Shown: positions 18,801 to 27,526 of the stretch, piece after piece | Layout: every line of letters begins with the position of its first letter | Numbering within the stretch: the stretch's first letter is position 1 | Assembly: GCA_018673925.1 (NCBI GenBank) | Contig: JABHBL010000088.1 | Span: 2,516 to 66,515 of the forward strand | Origin: Fidelibacterota bacterium | Lineage (GTDB): Bacteria; Fidelibacterota; UBA8477; JABMPR01 | DNA: 64,000 bases | Direction: 5' to 3' | Translations under genes and position numbers: made by a program | Notes under the pieces: generated by a model | Told to the model about the DNA's origin: nothing | Seen by the model: the letters and a program-made list of their open reading frames with translations, nothing else | The model's database searches: none

Positions 18801-19987
18801 TTCGAAAAATTGATTACTTGATTGTATTCAGATTTTTGAGTGGATTCAGCATCCAACCGGATGAGTCCATTTGAAACAGCATACCAAATGTCATCATCCG
18901 AACTTACCAAGAGAGCAAATCTGTTATCATCAGCAGTAGCAAATGATTGTTCAGGTAAACCTCTTAGTAGGTGAAATTGCTCCTTTTGATATGTCCATTT
19001 ATTCAGACCTTTTGCTCCCCCAACCCAAATTACATCTGAATTATCAATTAATCCACCGTACAGGAAATTAGTGTTGATACCTGTTCCATTTGTTGGATCA
19101 TATGGATACCTGATGATTTTGTCAATCTGACGGTCATAAACTATTAATCCAAAGTTTTTAATATTCCCCCAAATGTTCCCGCTATTAGCCTCATAGATGT
19201 ATGTGATGGGAGTTTGAGCAAAACTAAAAGAATCCACTGTATCATCAGGAAAAATGAAAAGATCGTTACTGGCTGTATTATATCTTCCCAATCCCCTTCC
19301 ATAACCCCATATCTGTTTATAATTATCTACAAGGATTTTGCTTGCTCCTCCCTCGCAGAGTTGACAGAGGGGATCGGTATGGTCTTCAGATGGTATGAAC
19401 TCTTTTAAATCACGATCAAAATAACTGAATTTTCCTCCACTAGCACACATCCATAAGGTGTCGTCTTCGTTTTCATATAACCAGCGGCGGCCAATCCAAT
19501 TGTCCAAATATTGAGTGAACTCACCAGTGGCACGGTTGAAATGGAAAAAGCCACCAAAGGTGATATTAACCCAGAGTTCTCCCAACTTGTCTTCATAGAT
19601 TCGTGCCATCCAATGGGTGGTATCACCGATATCGTAATAATAGTTTGTGAATTTCTCAGTTTCCAGATCAAGGCAACTCAGACCCTTACCTGTGCATATC
19701 CACAATTCATGATTACCCTGAAAATTTGAATAGAGAATGGCCTCGGACGTGTTAGTTATATCTGATGAACTAATGCTATTTGGATCATCGGGTTCATGTT
19801 GAAAGGATTTGAAAGTATAGCCATCATACCTAAGCAGACCGTTTGATGATATCCAGAGGAAACCCTGATCATCCTGGACGTTCACAACGGCATATTTTCC
19901 CGATAAGCCATCGTCCACCGTAATATGTTCGAAATGGAGTTGCTCATCTTGACCTGACAATGGTGCCAACGAGCATAGAAGTAGCAT
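15878..19987 (-). CDS. Hybrid two-component system regulator (periplasmic Reg_prop/Y_Y_Y beta-propellers, TM, HisKA, HATPase_c, REC, AraC-type HTH)
   Basis: 1369 aa. Repeated two-component-regulator-propeller motifs; single TM VTIIYRI; H-box ISHEFRTPLTLI; REC VLLIVEDNADV...DLIVSDVMMPKMDG; C-terminal AraC HTH. Confidence 0.9.
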   Translation of the reverse strand: MLLLCSLAPLSGQDEQLHFEHITVDDGLSGKYAVVNVQDDQGFLWISSNGLLRYDGYTFKSFQHEPDDPNSISSSDITNTSEAILYSNFQGNHELWICTGKGLSCLDLETEKFTNYYYDIGDTTHWMARIYEDKLGELWVNITFGGFFHFNRATGEFTQYLDNWIGRRWLYENEDDTLWMCASGGKFSYFDRDLKEFIPSEDHTDPLCQLCEGGASKILVDNYKQIWGYGRGLGRYNTASNDLFIFPDDTVDSFSFAQTPITYIYEANSGNIWGNIKNFGLIVYDRQIDKIIRYPYDPTNGTGINTNFLYGGLIDNSDVIWVGGAKGLNKWTYQKEQFHLLRGLPEQSFATADDNRFALLVSSDDDIWYAVSNGLIRLDAESTQKSEYNQVINFSKSSKINLIQDLAEDTFGYIWAVTTRDIFKIDTGSGKILLDTKYPFPQSQVGDATIQCVLADREGRVWIGARWQMHEINPLDGTPLGQYLPEGTAVRTLYQDVEGLIWVGSWRNGLYIFDPFLGTWKKPQFSSEGDVGLRGVCVSAITESVLGNYWIGTESGLTRLVKNQALPGLYDCTNFTMAKGLASDVINSVVQDKQGDLWMGTDKGLVRFDLDAESFRNYDKSDGLAANSFARNSAAITKRGELFFGSDNGITWFHPDSIKNNPNIPPIVLTDFQLFSQSVQIDSAFSESREYGFYLPKIISRLDAIELSYLDNVFSIEFAALDYRNPLKNKYAYKMEGFNEDWTYTNATSRIATYTNLDPGDYVFHVKGSNNDGLWNEEGVSLHITITPPWWKSDMAYFGYLILIITVVTIIYRIRLARLRLQYQAEVDHLEAERYAEMDQLKSRFFANISHEFRTPLTLILGPIGKMLARVKDTESMQDLNLMQRQAKRLLELVTQLLDLSKLEAGRMKIQASKRNIVPLLKGLTLSFASLAERDKITLTFNSDLEDIPVYVDKDAITKIINNLLSNAFKFTRYEGSIQVDVTATDKSVLYSVGEICIAITDNGVGIPAERLNKIFDRFYQVDNSETREREGTGIGLALTRELVELHKGSIGVISDEGQGTTFTICLPLGKAHFSNTEIDESEMNDGDDTPVDQIPVNESTQSIAQRAIDESRPVLLIVEDNADVRGFIRSYLDNDYTCHEAIDGENGLEQGLDLIPDLIVSDVMMPKMDGVEFCKRIKTDERTSHIPVILLTAKADLESKLEGLETGADDYLTKPFEAKELLIRIRNLIEQRELLRVQFRHDPHLIPANLKLSSMDKQFMEKVLDIIGKHLADFEFNVESLSKKIFMSRQHLNRKIKALTDRTATEFIRSIRLKNAALILDNHQSTVTQVAYQTGFSSLSFFAKAFQEEFGKTPSAYLADQKVDDQEH

Positions 19988-20133
19988 GATAATTCTAACT
20001 ACTTTATAGCTATAACTATTCAGATCCGCCCCCGTAACCGATTCAGTTATTTATAAGGCTCCAAGATAAGTCTAAGGTAGTGATATTGTAAAGGGTTAAA
20101 CGGGAGAATTAAGGCATTATTTGTTGGTCCTTC

Positions 20134-20208
20134 CAACTCATCACCTCAGTAAAAGCAAAAACCCTCCGCAAGGGAGGGTTTTTGCTTTTGCTCCGGAGGA
20201 GAGATTTG
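20134..20208. repeat. Degenerate direct repeat of the tRNA-Asn 3' end plus its downstream terminator and spacer (relic copy)
   Basis: The 22-mer tttgctccggaggagagatttg is identical at 20187-20208 and 20351-20372. Each copy is preceded by a terminator hairpin (20157-20183; 20317-20349) and the conserved spacer caactcatc[a/g]cctcag[t/c]aaaa. Confidence 0.5.
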
Positions 20209-20354
20209 CCTGCGGACTCCGTCCTCGGCTTCCTTCGTGATCTGCCACTGGCAGCTCACTTCGGTTGAACTCCCGAGCTTCGCACTGTGTTCATTCAACT
20301 CATCGCCTCAGCAAAATAAAAAAGGGCTCCCGATGGGAACCCTTTTTTTATTTG

Positions 20355-20426
20355 CTCCGGAGGAGAGATTTGAACTCCCAACCTAGTGATTAACAGTCAC
20401 CCGCTCTACCGTTGAGCTACTCCGGA
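20355..20426 (-). tRNA. tRNA-Asn (anticodon GTT)
   Basis: Hand-folded cloverleaf: acceptor TCCGGAG/CTCCGGA, D-arm GCTC-AACGGTA-GAGC, anticodon arm GGTGA-CTGTTAA-TCACT (GTT), T-arm GGGAG-TTCAAAT-CTCTC, discriminator G; no encoded CCA. Confidence 0.8.
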
Positions 20427-20478
20427 ATGTCCTAAAAAGCTCGCGAATATAAACTTCGCCATATAGGCTGTCAACTGC

Positions 20479-20967
20479 TTACAAGGTGATTTTTTCAAAA
20501 TGTGGTTTTAAGACGTCATATGACTCTTTCAACCCCTGTACCAGGACCTTGGCATGTCCGGTAACAGGCATAAAATTGGTATCCCCTGCCCAACGAGGTA
20601 CAATATGAAAATGGATATGTTCAGCAATACCTGCACCAGCTATAGCACCTTCATTCAAACCAAGATTAAATCCCTCAGCCCTGAATTCCTCACGGAGAAT
20701 CTTCATGCTCTCCTGAGCGAGCTGCATAATCTCAGTTAAGGTACTGGCTGGTAAAGATTCCATGAGGTGTGTGTGTTCGTAAGGAGCAATCATGATATGA
20801 CCGTTGTTGTAAGGATACAAATTCATCAAAATACAACAACTCTCACCACGATACAGGAGCAGGTCTTCACGATCTGTTTTATTTTGCGGTTTATCGCAAA
20901 ATATGCAGCCCTCCTGCTTGATGGACTTGATGTATTCCATACGCCAGGGTGCCCACATTTTATCCAT
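20479..20967 (-). CDS. HIT-family (histidine triad) nucleotide hydrolase/transferase
   Basis: Histidine-triad motif AEHIHFHIVPRW; N-terminal CIFC zinc-ribbon-like motif. Confidence 0.8.
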   Translation of the reverse strand: MDKMWAPWRMEYIKSIKQEGCIFCDKPQNKTDREDLLLYRGESCCILMNLYPYNNGHIMIAPYEHTHLMESLPASTLTEIMQLAQESMKILREEFRAEGFNLGLNEGAIAGAGIAEHIHFHIVPRWAGDTNFMPVTGHAKVLVQGLKESYDVLKPHFEKITL

Positions 20968-21073
20968 AATGACTCCAAAGTTAAGAAGAGCCGGATGTCT
21001 CTATTTCTCAGGGACGCTCCGGCTCTTCGATATTCAATTGATCACACTTTTAAAATCATGTGATCAGCTATGT

Positions 21074-23149
21074 TTATTCCTCTTCTTTTGCAGCTTCAAG
21101 CGCAGCAATCAGCTTGGTCTCTTCTTCCTTGGGCAACTCAGCATAATGTGAGAATTTCTGCTTATGAGAAGCTTTCCCCTGAGTCAAGGAACGCAGAGTT
21201 GAAGCATATTTAAAGAGATTTGCATGGGGAATTTTAGCCTTAAGCACCTGATAATGTCCTTCGGCATCCATTCCCAGAATGCGACCACGCTTGGCAGTCA
21301 AATCACCCATAACATCACCCATGTAATCTTCAGGAACACGAACTTCAACATCAAAGATGGGTTCTAACAGGGTTGGTTTTGCCTGCTTACATGCATCGCG
21401 GAATGCCCCTTTTCCGGCAATCTGAAATGCAATATCCTTGGAATCAACAGGATGCATTTTTCCATCATAGAAAGTTGCTTTGACGTCTACGATGGGGAAA
21501 CCAGCTATGAAGCCTTCTTGGGAGGCAGCCATAATTCCCTTTTCCACAGACGGTACAAAAACACGATCCACATTTTGCCCAACCAGAGTCATTTCAAAAA
21601 CGATTCCCTCGCCTCGTGGCAATGGAGCTACTCTGAGCATGACTTCAGCAAACTGACCAGCACCACCTGACTGTTTCTTATGACGATATCTCGCCTCAGC
21701 GGTGCCCTTGATGGTTTCACGGTAAGCGATCTTGGGTTCAACCAACTCAATCTGAACTTTGAAGCGCTCTTTCAGTTTTTCAAAAGCTACATTAATTTGC
21801 AATTCGCCTTGCCCGGAGAGGACAGTTTGATGAAGTTCCGAATCAACTTCATAGAGCAGAGTTGGATCTTCCTCATGCAGCAGGGTCAAACCAGAACTAA
21901 TCTTATCTTCTTCACCCTTCACTAGAGAAATCACGGCAAACTGGATATTTGGTCCTGGAAATTCTGTGGCCTTTAGGGTCACAGGATTTTTTGGATGCGA
22001 AAGCGTATCACCAGTATGGGATATTTTTAGTTTTACGGTCGCGCCAATATCGCCAGCATTAATAGCATGAACTTCATCTCTATCATGACCATTAATGGAA
22101 TAGACATGACCAAGACGCTCAGTACCACTTCTGTTGGGGTTGGCTAAATCCATACCTGAAGTAATCTGCCCGGAATAGACCCGAAAAAGACTCAATTCAC
22201 CTACGTGAGCTTCACTCATGGTCTTAAAGATCAGAGCGGCTGTTTCTTTGGGATCATCCGCATGTAATTCAGTACCGTCTTCTGCTGTGGCAGCCGGCAT
22301 GTCTGCTGGTGAGGGGTAATACTTCTGAATCAATTCCATGAGACGTGAAGCACCCACATTTGGGATGGAGGCTGTACAGAATACAGGAAAGATTTGTTTA
22401 TGTATAATGGCTTCACGCAAACCATGACGTAAATCATCTTCTGACAATTCACCCTGATCAAAATATTTTTCCATCAAGGCTTCATCTGATTCTGCCACCT
22501 GTTCTACCAGCTCAGTGTACATGGTCTCTACTTCATCAACAACTGAATCGGGCAGATCTTCCATGGTGTATTTGCCACTATCATCTTTGAATACTAGTGT
22601 CTTCTTGCGAATGATATCTACAATCTTATTAAACCCGATGCCCTCATTGACAGGTAGCTGCAAGGCGGTGACATGATTGCCATAGCTATCCTTGATACGA
22701 TCAAAAGCTTTGTGAAAATCAGAATGTTCTTTATCCAGTCCGGTAACTACAAAAGTACGGGGAATGTGGTAATCATGACTATAATTCCACATGTTTTCGG
22801 TGCCCATTTCGGGACCGTGAGTTCCATCAACAACAATGAGACTGGTATCGGCGACTCTCACTGCACTCAGTGCGTCACCAACAAAATCTGTAAATCCTGG
22901 GGTATCTAAAATGTTTAATTTTGTTTCCTGCCATTCAATAGCCATCAAAGATGTACCTACTGAACACTGACGTTCAATCTCTTCTGGACGATAGTCAGAT
23001 TTGGTGTTCCCCTCTGCAATGGTCCCCATCCGTGTGGTTAATCCTGCAGAGTACAGCATAGCTTCAGTCAAGGCGGTCTTACCTGACGAAGCGTGGCCGA
23101 CAATGGCAACGTTTCGGATATCCTTTGTCAAATAGTCTTTCATTCTCAA
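21074..23149 (-). CDS. Elongation factor G family translational GTPase (EF-G paralog)
   Basis: G1 AIVGHASSGKT, G3 DTPGFTDF, full five-domain length (691 aa). Confidence 0.85.
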   Translation of the reverse strand: MRMKDYLTKDIRNVAIVGHASSGKTALTEAMLYSAGLTTRMGTIAEGNTKSDYRPEEIERQCSVGTSLMAIEWQETKLNILDTPGFTDFVGDALSAVRVADTSLIVVDGTHGPEMGTENMWNYSHDYHIPRTFVVTGLDKEHSDFHKAFDRIKDSYGNHVTALQLPVNEGIGFNKIVDIIRKKTLVFKDDSGKYTMEDLPDSVVDEVETMYTELVEQVAESDEALMEKYFDQGELSEDDLRHGLREAIIHKQIFPVFCTASIPNVGASRLMELIQKYYPSPADMPAATAEDGTELHADDPKETAALIFKTMSEAHVGELSLFRVYSGQITSGMDLANPNRSGTERLGHVYSINGHDRDEVHAINAGDIGATVKLKISHTGDTLSHPKNPVTLKATEFPGPNIQFAVISLVKGEEDKISSGLTLLHEEDPTLLYEVDSELHQTVLSGQGELQINVAFEKLKERFKVQIELVEPKIAYRETIKGTAEARYRHKKQSGGAGQFAEVMLRVAPLPRGEGIVFEMTLVGQNVDRVFVPSVEKGIMAASQEGFIAGFPIVDVKATFYDGKMHPVDSKDIAFQIAGKGAFRDACKQAKPTLLEPIFDVEVRVPEDYMGDVMGDLTAKRGRILGMDAEGHYQVLKAKIPHANLFKYASTLRSLTQGKASHKQKFSHYAELPKEEETKLIAALEAAKEEE

Positions 23150-23390
23150 CTCCTCGATATTGTTAAGCGTATATAATTAAATTATTCATACCACGAGATA
23201 TGGTATGAATACTGGTTTTTTGTATGATCCAGAGAAGCATAAATAATAAAATTTCGGCTCAATTATTGAGCGTCCAAAAATCTCTATATTTGGAGGATTC
23301 GCAAGACATTTTTTAGCTCTCCGAGTTGGTCATCAATAACGAATTGGGGTAGATGTGATGGGTATAGCAATGGGGACTATTTCTTAAGCC

Positions 23391-25409
23391 TTAACTGGTT
23401 CCTTCTTCCACTTCTGCAGGGATGCCAGAATAACGGCCTACAATGAATGTGACATCATCTTCAAAGGAAGATTTGCGATTAAATTTGCCCAGCTTCTCTT
23501 CCAGAAGACTAGCAATTAGGGAAACGTTTTGATCCAGATGGCTTTGTACTGCATTGATGAGACCACTTTCATCCAACAATTGACCGGCACTTCCCACCGT
23601 CTCAGTTACACCGTCAGTGTACAAGAGTAATAAATCTCCACTCCTCAGCGGAACCTCACCCATTTCGTAAGTAAAATCAGGATCAAAGCCTAATAACGGT
23701 CCCCCGCTTTCCAGACGATCAATACTTCCACCTTCGTGAAAGATGAGTGGTGCAGGATGCCCAGCATTCACATATCGGACTACCCCCTCATCAACATCCA
23801 TCTTGGAGAGGAAAAAGGTGATCTGTTCATCCAGCTCAGTTTCATTGGTTAAATATTTGTTCAGGTTGCTCATCATGGTTGCTAGAGGAAGGTTCTTTTG
23901 AGCTTCGTTCAGATATGCCGCATAAAAATTTGACATGATGAGGGCTCCGGAGATCCCTTTACCAACTACATCCCCAATGCCAATATTAAAGACATCCTCG
24001 GTCTTGTTGGAGAGATCATAAAAATCCCCACTAATTTGCCGACAGGGAATATATCTAAGATCAAATGAAACTTCATCATGGGTGGGAATTTGATTGGGAA
24101 GCAATGATTTCTGAATACTCTCAGCTTTCGCCATATCCTCACTTAAACCACTCTGCATATTGACGTGCTTGTCGATTTTATAACGTTCCATCAACACACC
24201 GGCCTGGGTTGCTATGGTCTGCAGAAAATCAAGATCATCCTCGCTAAAAGCGGCAACACGATTGGATTCCAAATTCATGGCACCATAAATAATAGAACCT
24301 CCGGCGATGGGCACACACAATTCGGAACGGGAGTCTGTTCTTCCAGACAAATAATCCTTTTCTCGGCGAACATCGGGGATGGAAATGGGTTTCTTCGAGG
24401 CAATACATCTACCTACGATACCCCTGCCAATTTTTAATTTCAAAGGATTTAGGCGACGGATATCATATCCCCGTTGGAGAAATTTTTCAATATTCACACC
24501 CTCTGAGGAAGCCAGAAAGACACCGCAAGCATCAAAGGGGACAATGGCGTTTACTTCATCTAGCAACAAATTGAAGATGCTGGTTGTATTCCGTGTTGCT
24601 GCCATTTTCGTGGCAATAAGGGTCAGGGCTTCCTGTTTCCGCGCTTCCAGTTGGATACGATGATAAAGTTTCCGCTTTTCAAGCAAGACTGCAATTTGAT
24701 CAACAACAAAATTGTATAGAGTTCCAGAACGTCTTGCCTGCATATCCATGGGCATTTTATCCAGTAGAATAAATCCTGCCAATCGGTTATTGGTTTTCAA
24801 AGGAATGGCCCATTGGAACAATTTGAAACTTCGATAATCCATGGGAGGCACATCAAGGGGTTCGGTATACAAATCGTTAACGGAGTATTTGACATTTACG
24901 AGATGATGATTGGTATCAACAAGCTTTTTGAGGATTTCATGTTCACTATCCAGTGTGATACCATCCAGAAACATCGGTTTTGGTGCGATTGATGATTCAA
25001 CTTTGAAAATCCCTTTGCGTCTCACAAAAAGCGCCACAATGTCTGATTCAAAAAGATATTTTAGGGTATCAGGGACCATATCAAGCATATCCCGATAGGT
25101 CTCCACCTTCTCAAGATCGTCAAGGATGTTTCGGAATTTTTCATTCCGCTCGTAATAAGTGGATGCAATAAGCCGCAATACCAGTTTACGTCCCCGGGAG
25201 CGCAGCGGTCGGTACAAATTGATAATGATGGTGGCAAAAACAACATTGGCTAGGATAGGGTGCTCACCAAACCCCAGAAACTGGTTCACCAGATAACCCA
25301 ATATTGAAAAAATGATGATAAGAACTAAGGAGACCAGGAGTTCTTCACGTCTAAGCATCTTGCTCTCCCTGGTCAAAAAGCGTTTCAGCACCGCCACCAA
25401 CTTCCTCAA
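23391..25409 (-). CDS. Membrane-anchored GAF-domain PP2C-type (SpoIIE/RsbU-family) serine phosphatase
   Basis: N-terminal TM helices; central GAF-like region; C-terminal PPM motifs GDVVGKGISGALIMS and LLLLYTDGVTE. The start is probably the internal Met MLRREEL at 25358, which gives an 8-bp overlap with the upstream small gene. Confidence 0.8.
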   Translation of the reverse strand: MRKLVAVLKRFLTRESKMLRREELLVSLVLIIIFSILGYLVNQFLGFGEHPILANVVFATIIINLYRPLRSRGRKLVLRLIASTYYERNEKFRNILDDLEKVETYRDMLDMVPDTLKYLFESDIVALFVRRKGIFKVESSIAPKPMFLDGITLDSEHEILKKLVDTNHHLVNVKYSVNDLYTEPLDVPPMDYRSFKLFQWAIPLKTNNRLAGFILLDKMPMDMQARRSGTLYNFVVDQIAVLLEKRKLYHRIQLEARKQEALTLIATKMAATRNTTSIFNLLLDEVNAIVPFDACGVFLASSEGVNIEKFLQRGYDIRRLNPLKLKIGRGIVGRCIASKKPISIPDVRREKDYLSGRTDSRSELCVPIAGGSIIYGAMNLESNRVAAFSEDDLDFLQTIATQAGVLMERYKIDKHVNMQSGLSEDMAKAESIQKSLLPNQIPTHDEVSFDLRYIPCRQISGDFYDLSNKTEDVFNIGIGDVVGKGISGALIMSNFYAAYLNEAQKNLPLATMMSNLNKYLTNETELDEQITFFLSKMDVDEGVVRYVNAGHPAPLIFHEGGSIDRLESGGPLLGFDPDFTYEMGEVPLRSGDLLLLYTDGVTETVGSAGQLLDESGLINAVQSHLDQNVSLIASLLEEKLGKFNRKSSFEDDVTFIVGRYSGIPAEVEEGTS

Positions 25410-25641
25410 TCATGGAGCGTAGAACGGGAAGAACGCTTAACTGAGACAAGTCTTCAGTAGCAAATATCCGTGAAAAAGCATAATTCTGATGTGTGACCGG
25501 GATGAGCCTGTTAATGATGATGACGCGCTCCGATTTTATTCGGCAGGCATCTCCCTTGAAATCACCTTTTTCATAGCGAATGGTATAACCCAATTTTTCG
25601 GCGAGAGATTCGAATTCGTCTCTTATTCGGTCAGCTTTCAT
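25351..25641 (-). CDS. Hypothetical 96-aa protein, translationally coupled between manC and the PP2C phosphatase
   Basis: Complete ORF with start adjacent to the manC stop (no gap) and stop overlapping the phosphatase start. I recognise no motif. Confidence 0.4.
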   Translation of the reverse strand: MKADRIRDEFESLAEKLGYTIRYEKGDFKGDACRIKSERVIIINRLIPVTHQNYAFSRIFATEDLSQLSVLPVLRSMIEEVGGGAETLFDQGEQDA

Positions 25642-26712
25642 TTATAGCAGCGAATCCCTTTTCTCTTTTTCAAAACCATCTACAACTTCTTTTACTCGTT
25701 CAGTCTGTCCTCGAGGAATGATGAGCAGGGCATCCTTGGTATCAATAACCACCAAGTCATCCACACCGACAATGGCTACCGTTTTCCCTTCTGCGAATAC
25801 CAGATTATTTTCTGAACCATGAAATATCACTTCACCCTTTGAAACGTTTTTATCCTTGTCCTTCTCTCGCATTTCATGGACAGCATCCCAGGAGCCAACA
25901 TCATTCCATGAAAAATCCACGCGTACGACATAAACGTTTCGAGCTTTTTCCATGACTCCATAATCGATAGAAATACTTCTCAGGGTAGCCCACTCCACAG
26001 TGAGCACTGAACCCCAAACAGATTTGCCTATGGCACCCTTAATATTTTCCAAACTGTCCCATATTTCTGGCAGGAAATCCTGAAAACTTTGTAGAATACT
26101 ATCAACCCGCCACACAAACATGCCACTATTCCATAAAAAATCACCGCTGCCCAAAAAGAGCTCAGCAGTTTTCAAGTCAGGTTTCTCAGCAAATGCCTTC
26201 ACGGCATAAATTGGTTCATCTGGATTGGTACGATCATGGAACTGGATATAGCCATAACCAGTAGCAGGCCGAGTTGGAACCACGCCAAAGGTGACCAGTC
26301 CCCTCATCTCATTGGCAATTTTTATTCCCTGCTGCATATATTCTGAAAAGGAGTTCACATCTTCTATATAATGATCTGCCGGAAAAACACCCATGACGGC
26401 GTCTGGATCCCGATGCTGAATAATAATAGCTGCCAATCCAATAGCGGGTGCTGTATTTTTACCTTCTGGTTCTATGAGGATATTGTCTTCTGGAAGTTCA
26501 GGACATTCCTTACGAATGGCATTTTCCTGATCAGAATTTGTAATAATAAGAATCTGATCGACTGCTGTGAAATTTTTCAACCGATCAACGGTCATGCGGA
26601 GCATACTTTCATCACCAGCTATGGGTAACAGCTGCTTTGGGGTAGCTCGACGGCTCTGTGGCCAGAAGCGTTTACCTACGCCACCTGCCATGATGACTGC
26701 AAAAAAAGACAT
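25642..26712 (-). CDS. manC: Mannose-1-phosphate guanylyltransferase (GDP-mannose pyrophosphorylase, nucleotidyltransferase-only form)
   Basis: N-terminal AVIMAGGVGKRFWPQS...PKQLLPI nucleotidyltransferase signature; 356 aa. Confidence 0.8.
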   Translation of the reverse strand: MSFFAVIMAGGVGKRFWPQSRRATPKQLLPIAGDESMLRMTVDRLKNFTAVDQILIITNSDQENAIRKECPELPEDNILIEPEGKNTAPAIGLAAIIIQHRDPDAVMGVFPADHYIEDVNSFSEYMQQGIKIANEMRGLVTFGVVPTRPATGYGYIQFHDRTNPDEPIYAVKAFAEKPDLKTAELFLGSGDFLWNSGMFVWRVDSILQSFQDFLPEIWDSLENIKGAIGKSVWGSVLTVEWATLRSISIDYGVMEKARNVYVVRVDFSWNDVGSWDAVHEMREKDKDKNVSKGEVIFHGSENNLVFAEGKTVAIVGVDDLVVIDTKDALLIIPRGQTERVKEVVDGFEKEKRDSLL

Positions 26713-26737
26713 ATCTCTTCTTTTCTCCTCTATTCTC

Positions 26738-27526
26738 CTAATTACGATGAAGCCTGGATAGTGATAATTGACCTTTGAAAACTAATTGCGCCGGTCCCTT
26801 TAACCAATACTGATTTCCCCGCAGATCGACTTCAAGCTCTCCTCCCGGGAATGAGAGTTTGATGGGCCATTCAAAGTCCCATTTGTCATGGGCAAATATC
26901 GCGGTTGCGACTGCACCGGTCCCGCAGGCCAGGGTTTCCATATTGACGCCTCGCTCCCAGGTTCTGACCTTAATAGAACGAGACAACTTCTCTGCAATAT
27001 TAACATTGGTACCCGATGGATGTGCTTCGTGGGTGTTCATCTTTTTCCCAAGGGGATCAAGATTCTCTGATGCCGTATCCGCTGATGGGATAATTAAGTG
27101 TGGTACACCAGTGTCAATGAATGCACAACCCGTGCTGGGGATGTCCCAATCCTGCAACTTTCCATTTACAATAACTTCAACAGCCACCAGATCGCCAAGG
27201 ATGTCATATTGGTGAATTCCATCATCTGCTGCAAAAGTACCAGATGATTTTGCTCGACCCAGGAATTCAGCAAAGCTCACCAGACAACGGGCACCGTTAC
27301 CACACATTTCCCCGCGGGAACCATCTGCATTATAATAATTCATTTGAAAGTCTGCTGAGTGGTGAGGTTGGAGAATCATGACGCCATCGGCACCAATTCC
27401 AAAACGACGATCACAAATACTAACAATCTGCTGAGCAGTAAGTTTTAGTTTCTGGTTCCAGCTATCAAAGATGACAAAATCATTACCGGCACCCACATAC
27501 TTATAGAAATCAACTGTTTTATTCAT
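26738..27526 (-). CDS. dapF: Diaminopimelate epimerase
   Basis: GNDFVIFD, YNADGSRGEMCGNGARC and ERGVNMETLACGTGAVA match DapF active-site motifs. The start is trimmed to Met MNKTVDFYKYVGAGNDF, 2 bp after the upstream gene stop; the ORF-track version extends to 27658. Confidence 0.85.
   Translation of the reverse strand: MNKTVDFYKYVGAGNDFVIFDSWNQKLKLTAQQIVSICDRRFGIGADGVMILQPHHSADFQMNYYNADGSRGEMCGNGARCLVSFAEFLGRAKSSGTFAADDGIHQYDILGDLVAVEVIVNGKLQDWDIPSTGCAFIDTGVPHLIIPSADTASENLDPLGKKMNTHEAHPSGTNVNIAEKLSRSIKVRTWERGVNMETLACGTGAVATAIFAHDKWDFEWPIKLSFPGGELEVDLRGNQYWLKGPAQLVFKGQLSLSRLHRN

Noticed and set aside
20134-20316. GTGATGAG / GCGATGAG (C-box-like RUGAUGA) and CUGAUGA-like hammerhead core within the repeat spacer
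   Set aside because: Bacteria lack C/D box snoRNPs, the hammerhead catalytic core is incomplete (no GAAA and no flanking helices), and the match is best explained as chance within the duplicated spacer.
21074-23149. Possibility that the EF-G-like gene is a Tet(M)/Tet(O) ribosomal protection protein
   Set aside because: 691 aa fits EF-G rather than ~640-aa RPPs, and no mobile element context is present. It is left as an EF-G family paralog.
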